Assembly: GCA_029210695.1 (NCBI GenBank)
Contig: JARGFH010000001.1
Location: forward strand, 62,001 to 126,000
Reading direction: 5' to 3'
From: Acidimicrobiia bacterium
GTDB taxonomy: Bacteria; Actinomycetota; Acidimicrobiia; Spongiisociales; JAHEDJ01
Length of the DNA stretch: 64,000 nt
Shown here: positions 48,197 through 58,754 of the stretch, in pieces
Layout of the letters: each line of letters begins with the position of its first letter
Numbering within the stretch: position 1 is the stretch's first letter
Position numbers and translations under genes: made by a program
Notes under the pieces: model-generated
The model's database searches: none
What the model was told of the DNA's origin: nothing
Seen by the model: only the letters and a program-made list of their open reading frames with translations

Positions 48197-50800
48197 CTAC
48201 TCCAGCGGTAGCTCGAGTTGACTGCGGCCGTCCCCCGATTCGGAGGATTCGGCACCGTCCGGGGTGACCCAGTCCGGGAGCTCGATCGGCGCCGGAGAGC
48301 GGCGCCGGGGCTTCTTGACGGCGACGGGTCCGGGCCGTGGCCGCCCACCCGCCCGGAGGCTCATCCAGCGCGCCACCCGCCATCCCCCGGCGGCCACCAG
48401 CGGCTGGCGGATCACTTCTGGTGCATGGGCGAGAAGTTCGGGAGCCTGACGCATCAGATCGGGGGCAGATTGCAGCCACCTGGATCCGACCAGTGCGAGG
48501 TACATGAGGGTGCCCGTCAACGACGCAATCCCGATGGCGGCGAAGACGACAATGGCACGGGGAAGGTCGAGCCCGTAGAACTCCCTGAGAGATCCCCACA
48601 ACAACGTAATGCCGAACAGGCCGGCCATGCTCCAAATCAACCACTTGCGGCTCGTAGTGAGCGGCCTGCACACCACGGTCAGCGCGAAGAGACCGACGGC
48701 AACGAGCACGAGGGTCGCCATGGTCCGGGATTCCACCAGCCCAACATCCTCGATCTGGGCCAGACCGTAGGCGGCAAACGTCGACAGGGCCGCCACCGCA
48801 CCAACCGGAACCGCGAACCGCATCACGCGACCCACGAAACCTCGTTGAGCCCGCCGAGCAGTGGGTTCGAGGGCGAGGAAGAAACCGGGTATGCCAATGG
48901 TGATCGACCCGACCAGGGTCAGGTGCCGCGGTAGGAACGGAAACGGCAACAACGCGATGGCAACGGCCACAGAGAGCAGCACCGCGTAGATCGTCTTCGT
49001 GACGAAGAGGTTGGCGACTCGTTCGATATTGGCTATTACCCGTCTCCCCTCAGCAACGACCTCGGGCAGCGACGAGAACGCGGAATCGAGAAGTACTACC
49101 TGCGCAACGGCCCGTGAGGCACCCGACCCGTTGCCCATCGCCACCCCGATATCCGCCACTTTGAGGGCGAGCACATCATTCACTCCGTCGCCCGTCATGG
49201 CCACCGTATGGCCCCGCCGCTGGAGGGCCTTGATCATGGCTCGTTTCTGATGGGGATGCACCCGTCCAAATACTGTTCCGCGCTCCATGACGTCCGCCAG
49301 CCGATCCGGATCCGCCGGGAGCTCGCGTCCGTCTACGACGTTGCCCGGGCTGGGCACGCCGACCCTGGCTGCAATCGCGGCAACCGTGGCGGGGTGGTCG
49401 CCTGAGATCACCTTGACCGCCACGTTCTGCCTGGCGAAGAAGTCGAGCGTTTCAACAGCATCCGGGCGGATGCGGTCTCCCAGCACCACCAGCGCTACCG
49501 GTCGCATGTTCGCCGGCAGCACATCGCCGGCAAGCGCATCGTCGGTGCCGACCAGCGCCAGGACTCGGTTGCCGTCGGAAGCGTACCGGTCGGCCGCGCG
49601 CAGGATCTCCATATCGGTGGCCGCCACCACCTCCGGCGCCCCGAGGATCCAGGTTCCCCGACCGGTAAAAGCAGCAGCACTCCACTTTCGATCCGAAGAG
49701 AACGGCACCGTCTTGAGCACCGGCCAGTCGGGCCGCTCCGAAAATTGCGTGCCGATAGCCTGGATTGTGGCGTTCGGAGTGCTGTCGGCTGCTGCCGTGG
49801 CGGCCAGCACCAATCCAACGTCGACTGCCTTGTCGTAAACCTTGACGTCGAGCACCCGCAAATGCCCCTCCGTCAGCGTGCCGGTCTTGTCGAGACAGAC
49901 GACATCGACCCGGGCGAGACCTTCGACGGCCGGCAGTTCCTGGACGAGGACGTTCCGGCGGCCGAGTCGCACGACGGCCACCGCGAAGGCCATCGAAGTC
50001 AGCAGAACCAGGCCCTGCGGAACCATCGCCACGAGCCCGGCCACCGTCCCTTGCGCAGCCCTGCGGAAGCCCACATCGATCGACATCTGGCTCCACACCA
50101 GCAACGCTCCGGTGGGAATGAGTGCCCAACTGACCGCCAGCAGGATCCAATCGATTCCGTCGCGCAGCTCGGAGCTGGTGATGGTGAACAGCTTCGCCTC
50201 AGAGGCCAACTTCGCTGCGTAAGACTCGCTCCCCACCCTGGTCGCCTGCATGCGACCGGACCCGGCAACGACGAAGCTGCCCGACCGACAGGAATCGCCC
50301 ATGTGCTTGCTCACCGGATCGGACTCCCCGGTCAGGAGCGATTCGTTGATCTCGAGTCCCCGCGACTCGAGGACCTCGCCGTCGACCACGACCTGGTCAC
50401 CCGGGGCCAACATGAGGACATCATCGAGCACGATGTCCGCAATGCTGATTTCAACCGGACGACCGTCGCGGACTGCGATCGTTCCTGGTGTGCTGAGCAA
50501 CGCCAGCCGGTCGAGAGTTCGTTTGGCTCTCAGCTCCTGGATGATGCCGATGGCGGCGTTGATCACCATGACTGCTCCGAACAGAGCGTCCTGTATGGGA
50601 GCAACGAACAAGATTATGACCAGCAGGACTGACAGAATGAGATTGAAGCGGGTGAAGATGTTGTCCCGGAAGATCGCCTTCGTGGTCCGGCTCGGACCCT
50701 CGGGGATCACGTTGAGCCTGCCTGCCTCGACCCGATCGGCTACTTCGCGGCCGGTGAGACCGCTCAGTGGGTCGCGCAACGACGCCTCAACTTCCATCAC
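48197..50800 (-). CDS. P-type (HAD-IC) cation-transporting ATPase, CtpE-like
   Basis: LLTGES, DKTGTLT, VISGD, MTGDGVND; M4 motif MVPQGL. Confidence 0.93.
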   Translation of the reverse strand: MMEVEASLRDPLSGLTGREVADRVEAGRLNVIPEGPSRTTKAIFRDNIFTRFNLILSVLLVIILFVAPIQDALFGAVMVINAAIGIIQELRAKRTLDRLALLSTPGTIAVRDGRPVEISIADIVLDDVLMLAPGDQVVVDGEVLESRGLEINESLLTGESDPVSKHMGDSCRSGSFVVAGSGRMQATRVGSESYAAKLASEAKLFTITSSELRDGIDWILLAVSWALIPTGALLVWSQMSIDVGFRRAAQGTVAGLVAMVPQGLVLLTSMAFAVAVVRLGRRNVLVQELPAVEGLARVDVVCLDKTGTLTEGHLRVLDVKVYDKAVDVGLVLAATAAADSTPNATIQAIGTQFSERPDWPVLKTVPFSSDRKWSAAAFTGRGTWILGAPEVVAATDMEILRAADRYASDGNRVLALVGTDDALAGDVLPANMRPVALVVLGDRIRPDAVETLDFFARQNVAVKVISGDHPATVAAIAARVGVPSPGNVVDGRELPADPDRLADVMERGTVFGRVHPHQKRAMIKALQRRGHTVAMTGDGVNDVLALKVADIGVAMGNGSGASRAVAQVVLLDSAFSSLPEVVAEGRRVIANIERVANLFVTKTIYAVLLSVAVAIALLPFPFLPRHLTLVGSITIGIPGFFLALEPTARRAQRGFVGRVMRFAVPVGAVAALSTFAAYGLAQIEDVGLVESRTMATLVLVAVGLFALTVVCRPLTTSRKWLIWSMAGLFGITLLWGSLREFYGLDLPRAIVVFAAIGIASLTGTLMYLALVGSRWLQSAPDLMRQAPELLAHAPEVIRQPLVAAGGWRVARWMSLRAGGRPRPGPVAVKKPRRRSPAPIELPDWVTPDGAESSESGDGRSQLELPLE

Positions 50801-50881
50801 CTGAGGCTACCGGCTTCCCGGGACGGAATCGCGCCGGCGTCCGCAGCCCGTCGCTGGTATCCGCGACTCGCTACTCGCGAC

Positions 50882-53800
50882 TCAAGACAACCTCGGTGGC
50901 GTCTTCTTCGGCCGGTCACCGAAGGCGGGCGGCGAAGGAGGGACCTCGTCGATGATGCGGATCAATTCGGCGATGCCGCGCTCGAGCTGAGGATCCCGCC
51001 CGGCGGCATGGTCCTGGGGCGTGATCGTGACGCTGATGTCGGGGTCGGTCCCGTAGTTCTCAACGTCCCACCCAACGTCCGCGAACCAGTTCGAGAACTC
51101 AGGCTGGGTAGTGATCGTGCCGTCCACGAGTGATTGCTGCGGCCAGATGCCGATGACTCCACCCCAGGTGCGGGTTCCGATGAGCGGCCCGAGGCCATGC
51201 ATCTTGAACGCATGTGAAAAAATGTCTCCGTCGGACCCGGCGTACTCATTCGTGAGTGCCACCATCGGACCGGCCGGCGCATCAGCGGGGATAGCGTACG
51301 GCTCGGTCCACCTGGTCACCCGATACCCGATGCGGCGCCGCAGCAACTTCTCCAGAAGGAGGTGCGAGACATTCCCACCGCGGTTGAATCGCACGTCGAT
51401 CACCAAGCCGTCGTGATCGACCTGGGACAACCACGATCGATGGAATTCGGCGAACCCGCTCGGTCCCATATCCGGAAGATGGATGTATCCGGCCCGCCCT
51501 TCCGATGCCTCGGCAACCCGCCGGCGATTGGCCTCAACCCAATCCCGATACCGCAGGGGCGTCTCGGACTCGAGCGCTCGAACCGTGATAGACCTTGGCC
51601 GGCGGCGGCCCCGGCGAACCACGACGCGAACAGCTCTCCCCGCCCGGTCGACCAGCGCCTCCTCCGGTGCTCGATCTGCACCGAGATCCTTCCCGTCAAT
51701 AGAGAGGATCTGGTCTCCTACCACGACGTCTAGTCCGGGCGCCTGCAACGGCGACCAGGCTCGCTCGTCCCAGGAGTCCCCGTGCGGAATCGCCCCGATC
51801 CGCCAGGTGCCCCGGGCGGTTCGTTCGAAATCCGCCCCGAGACTGCCGAGGAGGTACTTCGGCTCCGGCCGGTAGTCCCCGCCTAGTTCGTAGGCGTGCG
51901 AGGTGCCCAATTCCCCCTGCATCTCCCACATGAGATCGGAGAATTCGGCGCGGCTGGCAACCCGTTCGACGAGAGGACGGTACCGGTGGTAGATCTGTTC
52001 CCAATCGACCGCCGACATGTCCTGGGTCCAGAAGTGCTCGCGCTGGAGACGCCATGCTTCTCGAAACATCTGGACCCATTCGCTCCCCGGATCGACCTCG
52101 AGCCGGACCCTGCCCAGATCGAGCCACCCGGAGTCCCTGCCCGGTTTGTCGTTCTTGGACGGGTCATCCTTGAAGGCGGCCGGAACCACCCGGATCCGGT
52201 TCCCGGCGCGGATCGCCATGACCTTGCCGTCCATCGAGACCGAAACGCTCGAGACATCGTCGGCGATCGTTTCGAGCTTGTGCTGCTGAAAGTCGTAGGC
52301 CTCGAGCCGCCCTGCCGGACCGGCCGAAACCATTGGCTGAGGCGCCAGCCGACCCTGGATCGGCACAGAAAGCAGAATGGATCGGCCCCTGGCGCCGAAG
52401 ACCGCCCGGTAGGAACCCTCCGGGACCGGATACGCCACCACCCGATCTTCGATGCCGTCTAGATCGACCTGGACCGGAGCGGGGGCGTCGCCTTCCATAC
52501 CGTTCCCAGCCTGCTGGGGTCCCGGCGGTGTGCCGGGTGGCCGAGGTTGCCGCTGGGCCGGGCTGAACGGCGAAGGGGTGTCCGCAGCCAGCGGGATGAG
52601 ATAGGGCCGGGTCCCCTTCGGGAAGGCGTAGTCGTGGAAAAAGGCGTCAGGAACGGGATCGAAGACCCGGTGACCGATGAAGTGGAGAAACCGGCCCTCA
52701 GCGTCGAATGATGGGCGTACATCGGCGAAGTCGGGTCGCGTGATCCGGTGCGTTCTTTTCGTGGAAGTGTCGTAGAGGTGAAGGGCGACTGTGTTGCGGC
52801 TGACCGCAGCCGAGAATGCAATCCACCGTCCGTCGGGTGACCAGTCGGTGCCTTGAATCCAGGAATGCGGGCTGTGGTGGACCACCGTGGACTCTCCGGA
52901 GTCCAGATCGACCACAACGACCTCGAACCGGTGATTGGTGAGTGCCACACGGTCGGATCCTGCTGGTGCAGGATCCAGCGAGCGGGGCCGTCCGATATCA
53001 CCACCGACCCGTGTCCCTGTCTTCCCGGCGCCGGAATCGAACACAACGAGCTCTTCTTCGCCGGACTCGTCGGTGACGGCGACGAAGCGCCGTCCGTCCG
53101 GGAGCCAGGCTGCCAAGCGGTAGCGGGATGAGGACAAATCGCCGTGACGGAGTGGTGCTCCCTCCCACAGATCCATGGTTACCGCTCCCCCCCGGGCAAC
53201 GATGGCCACTGCCTGGCCTTTCGGATCGAGATCGAGCGACTCCACGAAACGGCCCGGACTCATGAAGCGGCGGTTTCTCTGCGGCCGGGCGCTTGGAACC
53301 CGGACATCGATCTTCGTTCGAGTCACGCCTTCGAGGAGATAGAGATCGGCACCGGCGTGGTAAACGATCCGCTTGCCGTCTGAGGCCGGGAAGCGGGCGT
53401 AGAAGTCCTCGTGGTCTGTGTGACGCTGCAGGCTGCGGCCCGTGGGTGTGCACGAGTAGAGGTTGCCGGTGCCCTCGTGGTCGGAGAGGAAGTAGATCCG
53501 GCGGCCGATCCACGTGGGGTCGGCCGTATTCCCCTGCAGCTCGATGAGTGGAGCGAATTCGCCCGACCCGGCCCGGTCGATCCAGAGAGTTCCGGTGCGA
53601 CCGCCCCGGTACCGTTTCCATCGAGCAGGATCGAAGGAGTTCCGGCCGATGACGACACCGGGACCGCCCGGTTGATACGAGATAGCGCGGGCCGGTCCGA
53701 CCCTGATCGGCCGGGCCGGACTGCCGTCCATTGGCACTTCGTGGAGGGCGAACTGCCCTGCGAACGGTTGCTTCCAGTCCGTCGCCACGATCACGGCACC

Positions 53801-54094
53801 GCCGTCGGGTGTCCAACCCACCACATGGGTAAGCCCTCCGAAGAACGTCAACCTGCGGGCTGGGCCGCCTTCAGACGGCATCACGTGAGCCTCGAGGTGG
53901 CCTTCATCACGGCTCGAGAAGGCGACGTGAACTCCATCCGGGGAGAATCTCGGGTAGGCAACGGTGCCGGGGTTGGCAGTCAACCGGTGGGCCGAGCCAC
54001 CGGAAACATCCACCGACCAGAGGTCGTCCTCGGCCACGAAGACGACCCGGTCACGGTGGATCGTCGGATGCAGGTAGTAGCCGAGTTCACCCAT
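50882..54094 (-). CDS. tricorn protease (S41)
   Basis: Beta-propeller repeats, WKRYRGGRTG, TSHAYE, PDZ region, DVRFNRGG, AGSDGD, GTRTWGG. Confidence 0.94.
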   Translation of the reverse strand: MGELGYYLHPTIHRDRVVFVAEDDLWSVDVSGGSAHRLTANPGTVAYPRFSPDGVHVAFSSRDEGHLEAHVMPSEGGPARRLTFFGGLTHVVGWTPDGGAVIVATDWKQPFAGQFALHEVPMDGSPARPIRVGPARAISYQPGGPGVVIGRNSFDPARWKRYRGGRTGTLWIDRAGSGEFAPLIELQGNTADPTWIGRRIYFLSDHEGTGNLYSCTPTGRSLQRHTDHEDFYARFPASDGKRIVYHAGADLYLLEGVTRTKIDVRVPSARPQRNRRFMSPGRFVESLDLDPKGQAVAIVARGGAVTMDLWEGAPLRHGDLSSSRYRLAAWLPDGRRFVAVTDESGEEELVVFDSGAGKTGTRVGGDIGRPRSLDPAPAGSDRVALTNHRFEVVVVDLDSGESTVVHHSPHSWIQGTDWSPDGRWIAFSAAVSRNTVALHLYDTSTKRTHRITRPDFADVRPSFDAEGRFLHFIGHRVFDPVPDAFFHDYAFPKGTRPYLIPLAADTPSPFSPAQRQPRPPGTPPGPQQAGNGMEGDAPAPVQVDLDGIEDRVVAYPVPEGSYRAVFGARGRSILLSVPIQGRLAPQPMVSAGPAGRLEAYDFQQHKLETIADDVSSVSVSMDGKVMAIRAGNRIRVVPAAFKDDPSKNDKPGRDSGWLDLGRVRLEVDPGSEWVQMFREAWRLQREHFWTQDMSAVDWEQIYHRYRPLVERVASRAEFSDLMWEMQGELGTSHAYELGGDYRPEPKYLLGSLGADFERTARGTWRIGAIPHGDSWDERAWSPLQAPGLDVVVGDQILSIDGKDLGADRAPEEALVDRAGRAVRVVVRRGRRRPRSITVRALESETPLRYRDWVEANRRRVAEASEGRAGYIHLPDMGPSGFAEFHRSWLSQVDHDGLVIDVRFNRGGNVSHLLLEKLLRRRIGYRVTRWTEPYAIPADAPAGPMVALTNEYAGSDGDIFSHAFKMHGLGPLIGTRTWGGVIGIWPQQSLVDGTITTQPEFSNWFADVGWDVENYGTDPDISVTITPQDHAAGRDPQLERGIAELIRIIDEVPPSPPAFGDRPKKTPPRLS

Positions 54095-54156
54095 GAGGAG
54101 GCAATCGTAGCGAAGCGATGGTGCCCGGACCGCAGCCCGGGCACCATCCAAAACTT

Positions 54157-54206
54157 GTTTTCGCGCGGGAATTCCACCCTATGCGGTGGGATCCCCGCGC
54201 GAAAAC
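54157..54206. repeat. 50-bp palindrome (terminator or REP-like)
   Basis: gttttcgcgcggg...cccgcgcgaaaac, 4 bp after the ABC binding-protein stop. A second 12-bp stem lies at 54117..54148. Confidence 0.7.
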
Positions 54207-54210
54207 GGAA

Positions 54211-55143
54211 TTAGGCGTCGACGAAGCCGTTCTCGACCAGGAAGTCGCGAGCGATGTCTTCGGCGTCCAATTGCTCAATGTCGAACTGCCGGTTCATCTC
54301 GGTCAAGTCCGCCGTCGAAATCGCTGCGCTGATCCTGTCGACGAAGTCGCGGAAATCCGACCCGTAGGCATCGACGATCTCATCGCTGGTCACCGGCACG
54401 ACGTTGTCTGCGGCGAGCAGATTCTTGTCATCCTCCAGGAGCACCCAGCCCCGATCCGCGATGATGCCAGAAGTCGAGAACAGCAGGGCGATGTCGATCT
54501 CATCAGCTTCCAGCGCCTGCACCGTTATCGCCCCGGCATCGAGCGGCGTGAAGTTGCCACTCAGGTCGAGGCCGTACACGCTCTGGAGACCCGGAATGCA
54601 AAACGCGTTGGTCTCACAGTCGGGGGGCCCACCCAACTCAAGGTCCGCACCCTTCGAAGCAAGATCGCTGAGCGATGTGATACCAAGAGACTCACTCGTT
54701 GCCTGCGTAACCACGAACGCGTTCGTATCGACGGCGGGCGAAGGATCGAAGGCACTCAGGCCCTTCTTGGTCAGATATCCGCGCAGGGACTCAGTTGTCC
54801 CCTCCGCATCGCCGGTCGCCTCACCGGCGAACCCATTCAAGAACTCGAGCATCGACGCTGCGTACTCGGGGGTGAAATTGATATCACCACTCTCGAACGA
54901 GGCTAGGACTATGTCACGGAAGCCGCCGAGCGGTTGGACGGCAACGTCGTACCCTTCTGCCTCCAGCGCCTGAGCATATAGAGAGGCAAGTATCGCCGAC
55001 TCTCCGAAGTCCTGTGAACCGACTTTGATTTGTGGCCCTTCTTTGGGCTCTCCAGCGCCATCACCCGATCCGCATGCACTGAGAATCAGAATCAGTGTCA
55101 GCGTGATCGCCCCGATGGCACCCTTGCGGCAACTTCCCCGCAT
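54211..55143 (-). CDS. glycine betaine/osmoprotectant ABC substrate-binding lipoprotein
   Basis: LSAC lipobox, VGSQDFGESAIL, PEYAAS, LEDDKNL. Confidence 0.92.
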   Translation of the reverse strand: MRGSCRKGAIGAITLTLILILSACGSGDGAGEPKEGPQIKVGSQDFGESAILASLYAQALEAEGYDVAVQPLGGFRDIVLASFESGDINFTPEYAASMLEFLNGFAGEATGDAEGTTESLRGYLTKKGLSAFDPSPAVDTNAFVVTQATSESLGITSLSDLASKGADLELGGPPDCETNAFCIPGLQSVYGLDLSGNFTPLDAGAITVQALEADEIDIALLFSTSGIIADRGWVLLEDDKNLLAADNVVPVTSDEIVDAYGSDFRDFVDRISAAISTADLTEMNRQFDIEQLDAEDIARDFLVENGFVDA

Positions 55144-55220
55144 GGGTCTCTCCCTTCGTTGTGAACCCGCCTCAGGGGCGGGGCTTTCAACCCTAGGGGA
55201 TGAGGCGAGCTACCAAGACA

Positions 55221-55934
55221 TCAGCCGTGCGCCCCAAGTTCGACCTGAGTCAGGTCTTTGGCAGATATTCCTTGCGGCAACACCCACCTCTCGGCGACTG
55301 CGAACGCCTGATCGGTGACCACGGACATTGTCGCGACAAGGATCGCCCCCACGAACACCAGCACTTCGTTGCCCTGGGCGAATCCATCGATGACATACCG
55401 ACCAAGCCCGCCCCATCCGACAACGGCGCCCAGGGTGGCCGTAGCCACCACTTGTACTGCAGAGACACGGATGGCGGTCCAGATCACCGGCATGGCGAGC
55501 GGGATCTCCGTATGCGTAAGTACCTCCAGGTTGGTCATTCCCATGCCAACCGACGCTTCCACCGCAGCCGGAGATACCTCGCGCACCGCCGTATAGCCAT
55601 TCGTGAATATCGGCGGGATCGCCAGGGCGACGAGTGCGACGAAGGTCGGCCAGGAGCTGAACCCAAGGCCCAGGCGCAGCGCGATTGGGAAGGCAAGTGC
55701 AACAATGCCAAACGAGGGAATGGCCCGGCCGATATTGGCGATGGAGATTGCCAGAAACGCCCCCCGTCGCTGATGCCCCAGCCAGACCGCGATGGGGAGG
55801 CCCAGGAGCACGGCCACCGCAACCGCGAATACGGAAATGCGAACATGATCGAAGGTCCTGATGAGGATCCCGTCTGCACCGTTCCAGGATTCCGCCGAGG
55901 TGAAGAATGCCACCACATCATTGAAGAAGCTCAT
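55221..55934 (-). CDS. osmoprotectant ABC permease
   Basis: GRAIPSF, EASVGMGMT (EAA loop), GGLGRYV. Confidence 0.92.
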   Translation of the reverse strand: MSFFNDVVAFFTSAESWNGADGILIRTFDHVRISVFAVAVAVLLGLPIAVWLGHQRRGAFLAISIANIGRAIPSFGIVALAFPIALRLGLGFSSWPTFVALVALAIPPIFTNGYTAVREVSPAAVEASVGMGMTNLEVLTHTEIPLAMPVIWTAIRVSAVQVVATATLGAVVGWGGLGRYVIDGFAQGNEVLVFVGAILVATMSVVTDQAFAVAERWVLPQGISAKDLTQVELGAHG

Positions 55935-56590
55935 GGAGTGTCCTTCTGCCGCACCCACGGTGTCGCCCTGTTCTCGATCCGCACGAGCAGATAGTCGAAC
56001 AAGGTCGCAAGCAGAATCGACATGACTGTGCCGACCAGGATCTCGGTGGCGAAGTTGCGGCCAAGGCCCCTGCGGATGAAGGCTCCGTAGCCCCCCTGGC
56101 CGATCAGGCTGGTGACCGTCACCAAGCCGACGGTGGTTACGGATGCGACCCGCAGCCCGGCCACTATCACCGGGACTGCCAGTGGCACCTGGATCTCCCA
56201 GAGAATGCGGCGATCGGTATAGCCCATTCCAAGCGCCGCCTCCCGAACCGAGTCGGGCGTGCCGTCGATTCCCGCCACGATGTTGCGAATGAGGATCAGC
56301 AGCGTGTATGAAACGAGACCGATCTCCGCAGTGAGAATAGAGAGGCCGGTGAAGGGCACCAGGAATGCGAAAAGGGCGATAGAGGGAATCGTGTAGAACA
56401 CGCCGCTGATCCATGTGATCGGCGCATAGGAACGCCGGAAGCGGAGGGCCACGATCGACAGGACCAGGGATAGCCCGAACCCGACCACCACCGCGATACC
56501 CGTCAGCGTCAAGTGCTCGACGGTCCGCTGCCAGATCTCGTCGAGATGACTCCAGATCCACGACCAGCGAATGAACGGCTGCTCGGTCAC
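55931..56590 (-). CDS. osmoprotectant ABC permease
   Basis: YTIPSIALF, EAALGMGY, VPLAVPVIVAGLR. Confidence 0.92.
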   Translation of the reverse strand: MTEQPFIRWSWIWSHLDEIWQRTVEHLTLTGIAVVVGFGLSLVLSIVALRFRRSYAPITWISGVFYTIPSIALFAFLVPFTGLSILTAEIGLVSYTLLILIRNIVAGIDGTPDSVREAALGMGYTDRRILWEIQVPLAVPVIVAGLRVASVTTVGLVTVTSLIGQGGYGAFIRRGLGRNFATEILVGTVMSILLATLFDYLLVRIENRATPWVRQKDTP

Positions 56591-57690
56591 CGGCGGATCT
56601 CGCGGTTGATCTGGTCGGCAGTGATCATTCCCAAATAGGAATCTCCGTCAAAGACGGCCGCAACCTGCGTCCGGGTGGTGATGACCGCGTCGAGAGCCTG
56701 CTTGAGGGTTCCACCGGCATCGATCCTCGTTCTGAAGACCCGCAGCTGACCGTCGTCGGTCCTTTCCCGATCATCGAGATCGTCTGCGGCGACCCAACCG
56801 TCGATCCTCTTCCCCTCGCCCACCGCCACCCAATCGGTCGCATAGACCTCCATCACACGCCGGGCCTCGAGGACGGTGCTGCCGGGCGGAACCACCGGGC
56901 CCCGATCGAGTTCGATCGAGCTGATCGGAATCAGAGAAAGTCGTTTGATGCCACGATCGCTGCCGAGGAACTCGGCAACGAATTCGTTGGCCGGCTCCCG
57001 CAACAATTCGTCGGGTGGCCCGTATTGCTCGAGCACGCCTCGGACGTTCAAGAGGGCGACCCGATCCCCGAGTTGGATCGCTTCGTCGATGTCGTGCGTC
57101 ACGAATACGATCGTCTTCTGGACCCGCGCCTGCAATCGGAGCAACTCCTCTTGGAGCCGGGCGCGAACAATGGGATCTACTGCGCCGAACGGCTCATCCA
57201 TCAGCAAGACCGGCGGATCCGCGGCCAAAGCCCGCGCCACCCCAACGCGTTGCTGCTGGCCTCCTGAGAGCTCAGACGGGTAGCGGTCTCCCATTTCCTG
57301 GCCGAGTCCCACCAGGTCAATCAGCTCATCTACTCGCTCGGCGATGCGACCCGCATCCCAGCCGAGCAACCGAGGCACAGTGGCGATGTTCTGTCCTATG
57401 GTTTTGTGTGGGAACAACCCAATCTGCTGAATGACGTAGCCGATCTCGAGCCTCAACTGATGTGGCGCAACGGTGGCGGCGTCCCGACCACCGATCGAAA
57501 TCGTTCCCGAGGTGGGTTCGATGACTCGATTTATCATCTTCAGAGTCGTCGTTTTTCCGCACCCGGATGGTCCGACCAGGACGACTATCTCGCCTTCGCG
57601 GATATCCAGCGATAGGTCATCAACGGCCGCCTCGGCAGTGCCCGGGAAGGTCTTGGACACGTGCTCGAGGCGAATCATCGGTTCAGACAT
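56587..57690 (-). CDS. osmoprotectant ABC ATP-binding protein with CBS domains
   Basis: GPSGCGKTT, LSGGQQQRVGVARALA, LLMDEPFGAVD. Confidence 0.94.
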   Translation of the reverse strand: MSEPMIRLEHVSKTFPGTAEAAVDDLSLDIREGEIVVLVGPSGCGKTTTLKMINRVIEPTSGTISIGGRDAATVAPHQLRLEIGYVIQQIGLFPHKTIGQNIATVPRLLGWDAGRIAERVDELIDLVGLGQEMGDRYPSELSGGQQQRVGVARALAADPPVLLMDEPFGAVDPIVRARLQEELLRLQARVQKTIVFVTHDIDEAIQLGDRVALLNVRGVLEQYGPPDELLREPANEFVAEFLGSDRGIKRLSLIPISSIELDRGPVVPPGSTVLEARRVMEVYATDWVAVGEGKRIDGWVAADDLDDRERTDDGQLRVFRTRIDAGGTLKQALDAVITTRTQVAAVFDGDSYLGMITADQINREIRR

Positions 57691-57763
57691 GGTTGCCGAG
57701 GATAGATCGTTTCCCGTGCTGGCCCGACCCGGATAGGTGCGCCGGCCGGTCATACTGTCAGCC

Positions 57764-57949
57764 GTGGATTTCTTGCTCGATCTCGCCTTGCCGGCAACAG
57801 ACGCAGGTGCGATCGCGCAGGCGGTGATCGCCGGAATGGCGCTGATCGTTGCCTCTTGGCTCGTCCGGAAACGCCCGGAACCGCGCCTCTTCGTGATCGG
57901 CCTGGCCGTACTCAGCTTCTCGCTCATGGCCCTCCGCGCGGTGCACTGA
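57764..57949 (+). CDS. small 2-TM membrane protein
   Basis: Hydrophobic ORF filling the intergenic gap; start 57764 or 57737. Confidence 0.55.
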   Translation: MDFLLDLALPATDAGAIAQAVIAGMALIVASWLVRKRPEPRLFVIGLAVLSFSLMALRAVH

Positions 57950-58032
57950 GGCCGGCGACGTCTGCCGGTTCCGGGCTTCCGAACGCCCGGCCGCGACAGG
58001 ACCGGGGAATCAAGTCGCCGGCCGATCGCACC

Positions 58033-58725
58033 TCATTCCCAGGCGGCAACGACCTCCGGTACCTCGGCCAGCGACACGACCTCCGCCTCGGGGAAGATGT
58101 CCGTGTCATTGGATCGGCCTGAACGATTCAGCCAGATGCCCCGGATCCCGGTGGCCTGCGCCCCGGCGACATCGTCGGACAGCGAGTCTCCAACGTATAT
58201 GGCTTCGGCTGCAGGAGTCTCCGAGCGCTCCAACAAGATCCGAAAGATCCGGGGATCGGGTTTGGCTATGCCCTCATTGGCGGCGAGGACGATCGGGTCC
58301 AGAAACCTTTCTAATCCATATCGAGCGGGGTCGGTGTTCCCGTTGGTGAGCAGCGCCGTTCGGTAGCGTCGGGACAGCAACATCAGCGCGGGCGCGGCAT
58401 CGTCAAAGGGTACCGAGTGCTGCTCCTTCACGGCGAAGAACATCGCGTTCAGGCGGGCGGCCAGACCGGGATCATCGATACCGGCTTCCTCCAGAGTGCG
58501 TTCGAAGGCTGCGTGCCGGACGACGGCCAGGTCGGCAACCCTCCCCTGCAACTCTGTTGCCACACGATCGCGGATCGCGATCATCCGCTCGACCGTGAGA
58601 GCTCCGGTCGATGGCCCGGGTCGAACGGTCCACAACTCCTCGAGGGTGCTCTGCAGTGCGGTTCGCATCGCTGCATCGAAATCCCAGAGGGTGTTGTCAC
58701 CGTCGAACGCGATGAGACGGATCAT
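58033..58725 (-). CDS. HAD-family hydrolase (subfamily IA)
   Basis: FDGDNTLWD, LTNGN, KPDPRIF, YVGDSLSDDV. Confidence 0.93.
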   Translation of the reverse strand: MIRLIAFDGDNTLWDFDAAMRTALQSTLEELWTVRPGPSTGALTVERMIAIRDRVATELQGRVADLAVVRHAAFERTLEEAGIDDPGLAARLNAMFFAVKEQHSVPFDDAAPALMLLSRRYRTALLTNGNTDPARYGLERFLDPIVLAANEGIAKPDPRIFRILLERSETPAAEAIYVGDSLSDDVAGAQATGIRGIWLNRSGRSNDTDIFPEAEVVSLAEVPEVVAAWE

Positions 58726-58754
58726 GGACTTGATTCTGCCCGCAGGTAGACCGG

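Noticed and set aside
55221..56561. 446-aa fused permease as given in the ORF track
   Set aside because: The N-terminal extension overlaps the real upstream permease in another frame; the likely start is ATG 55934.
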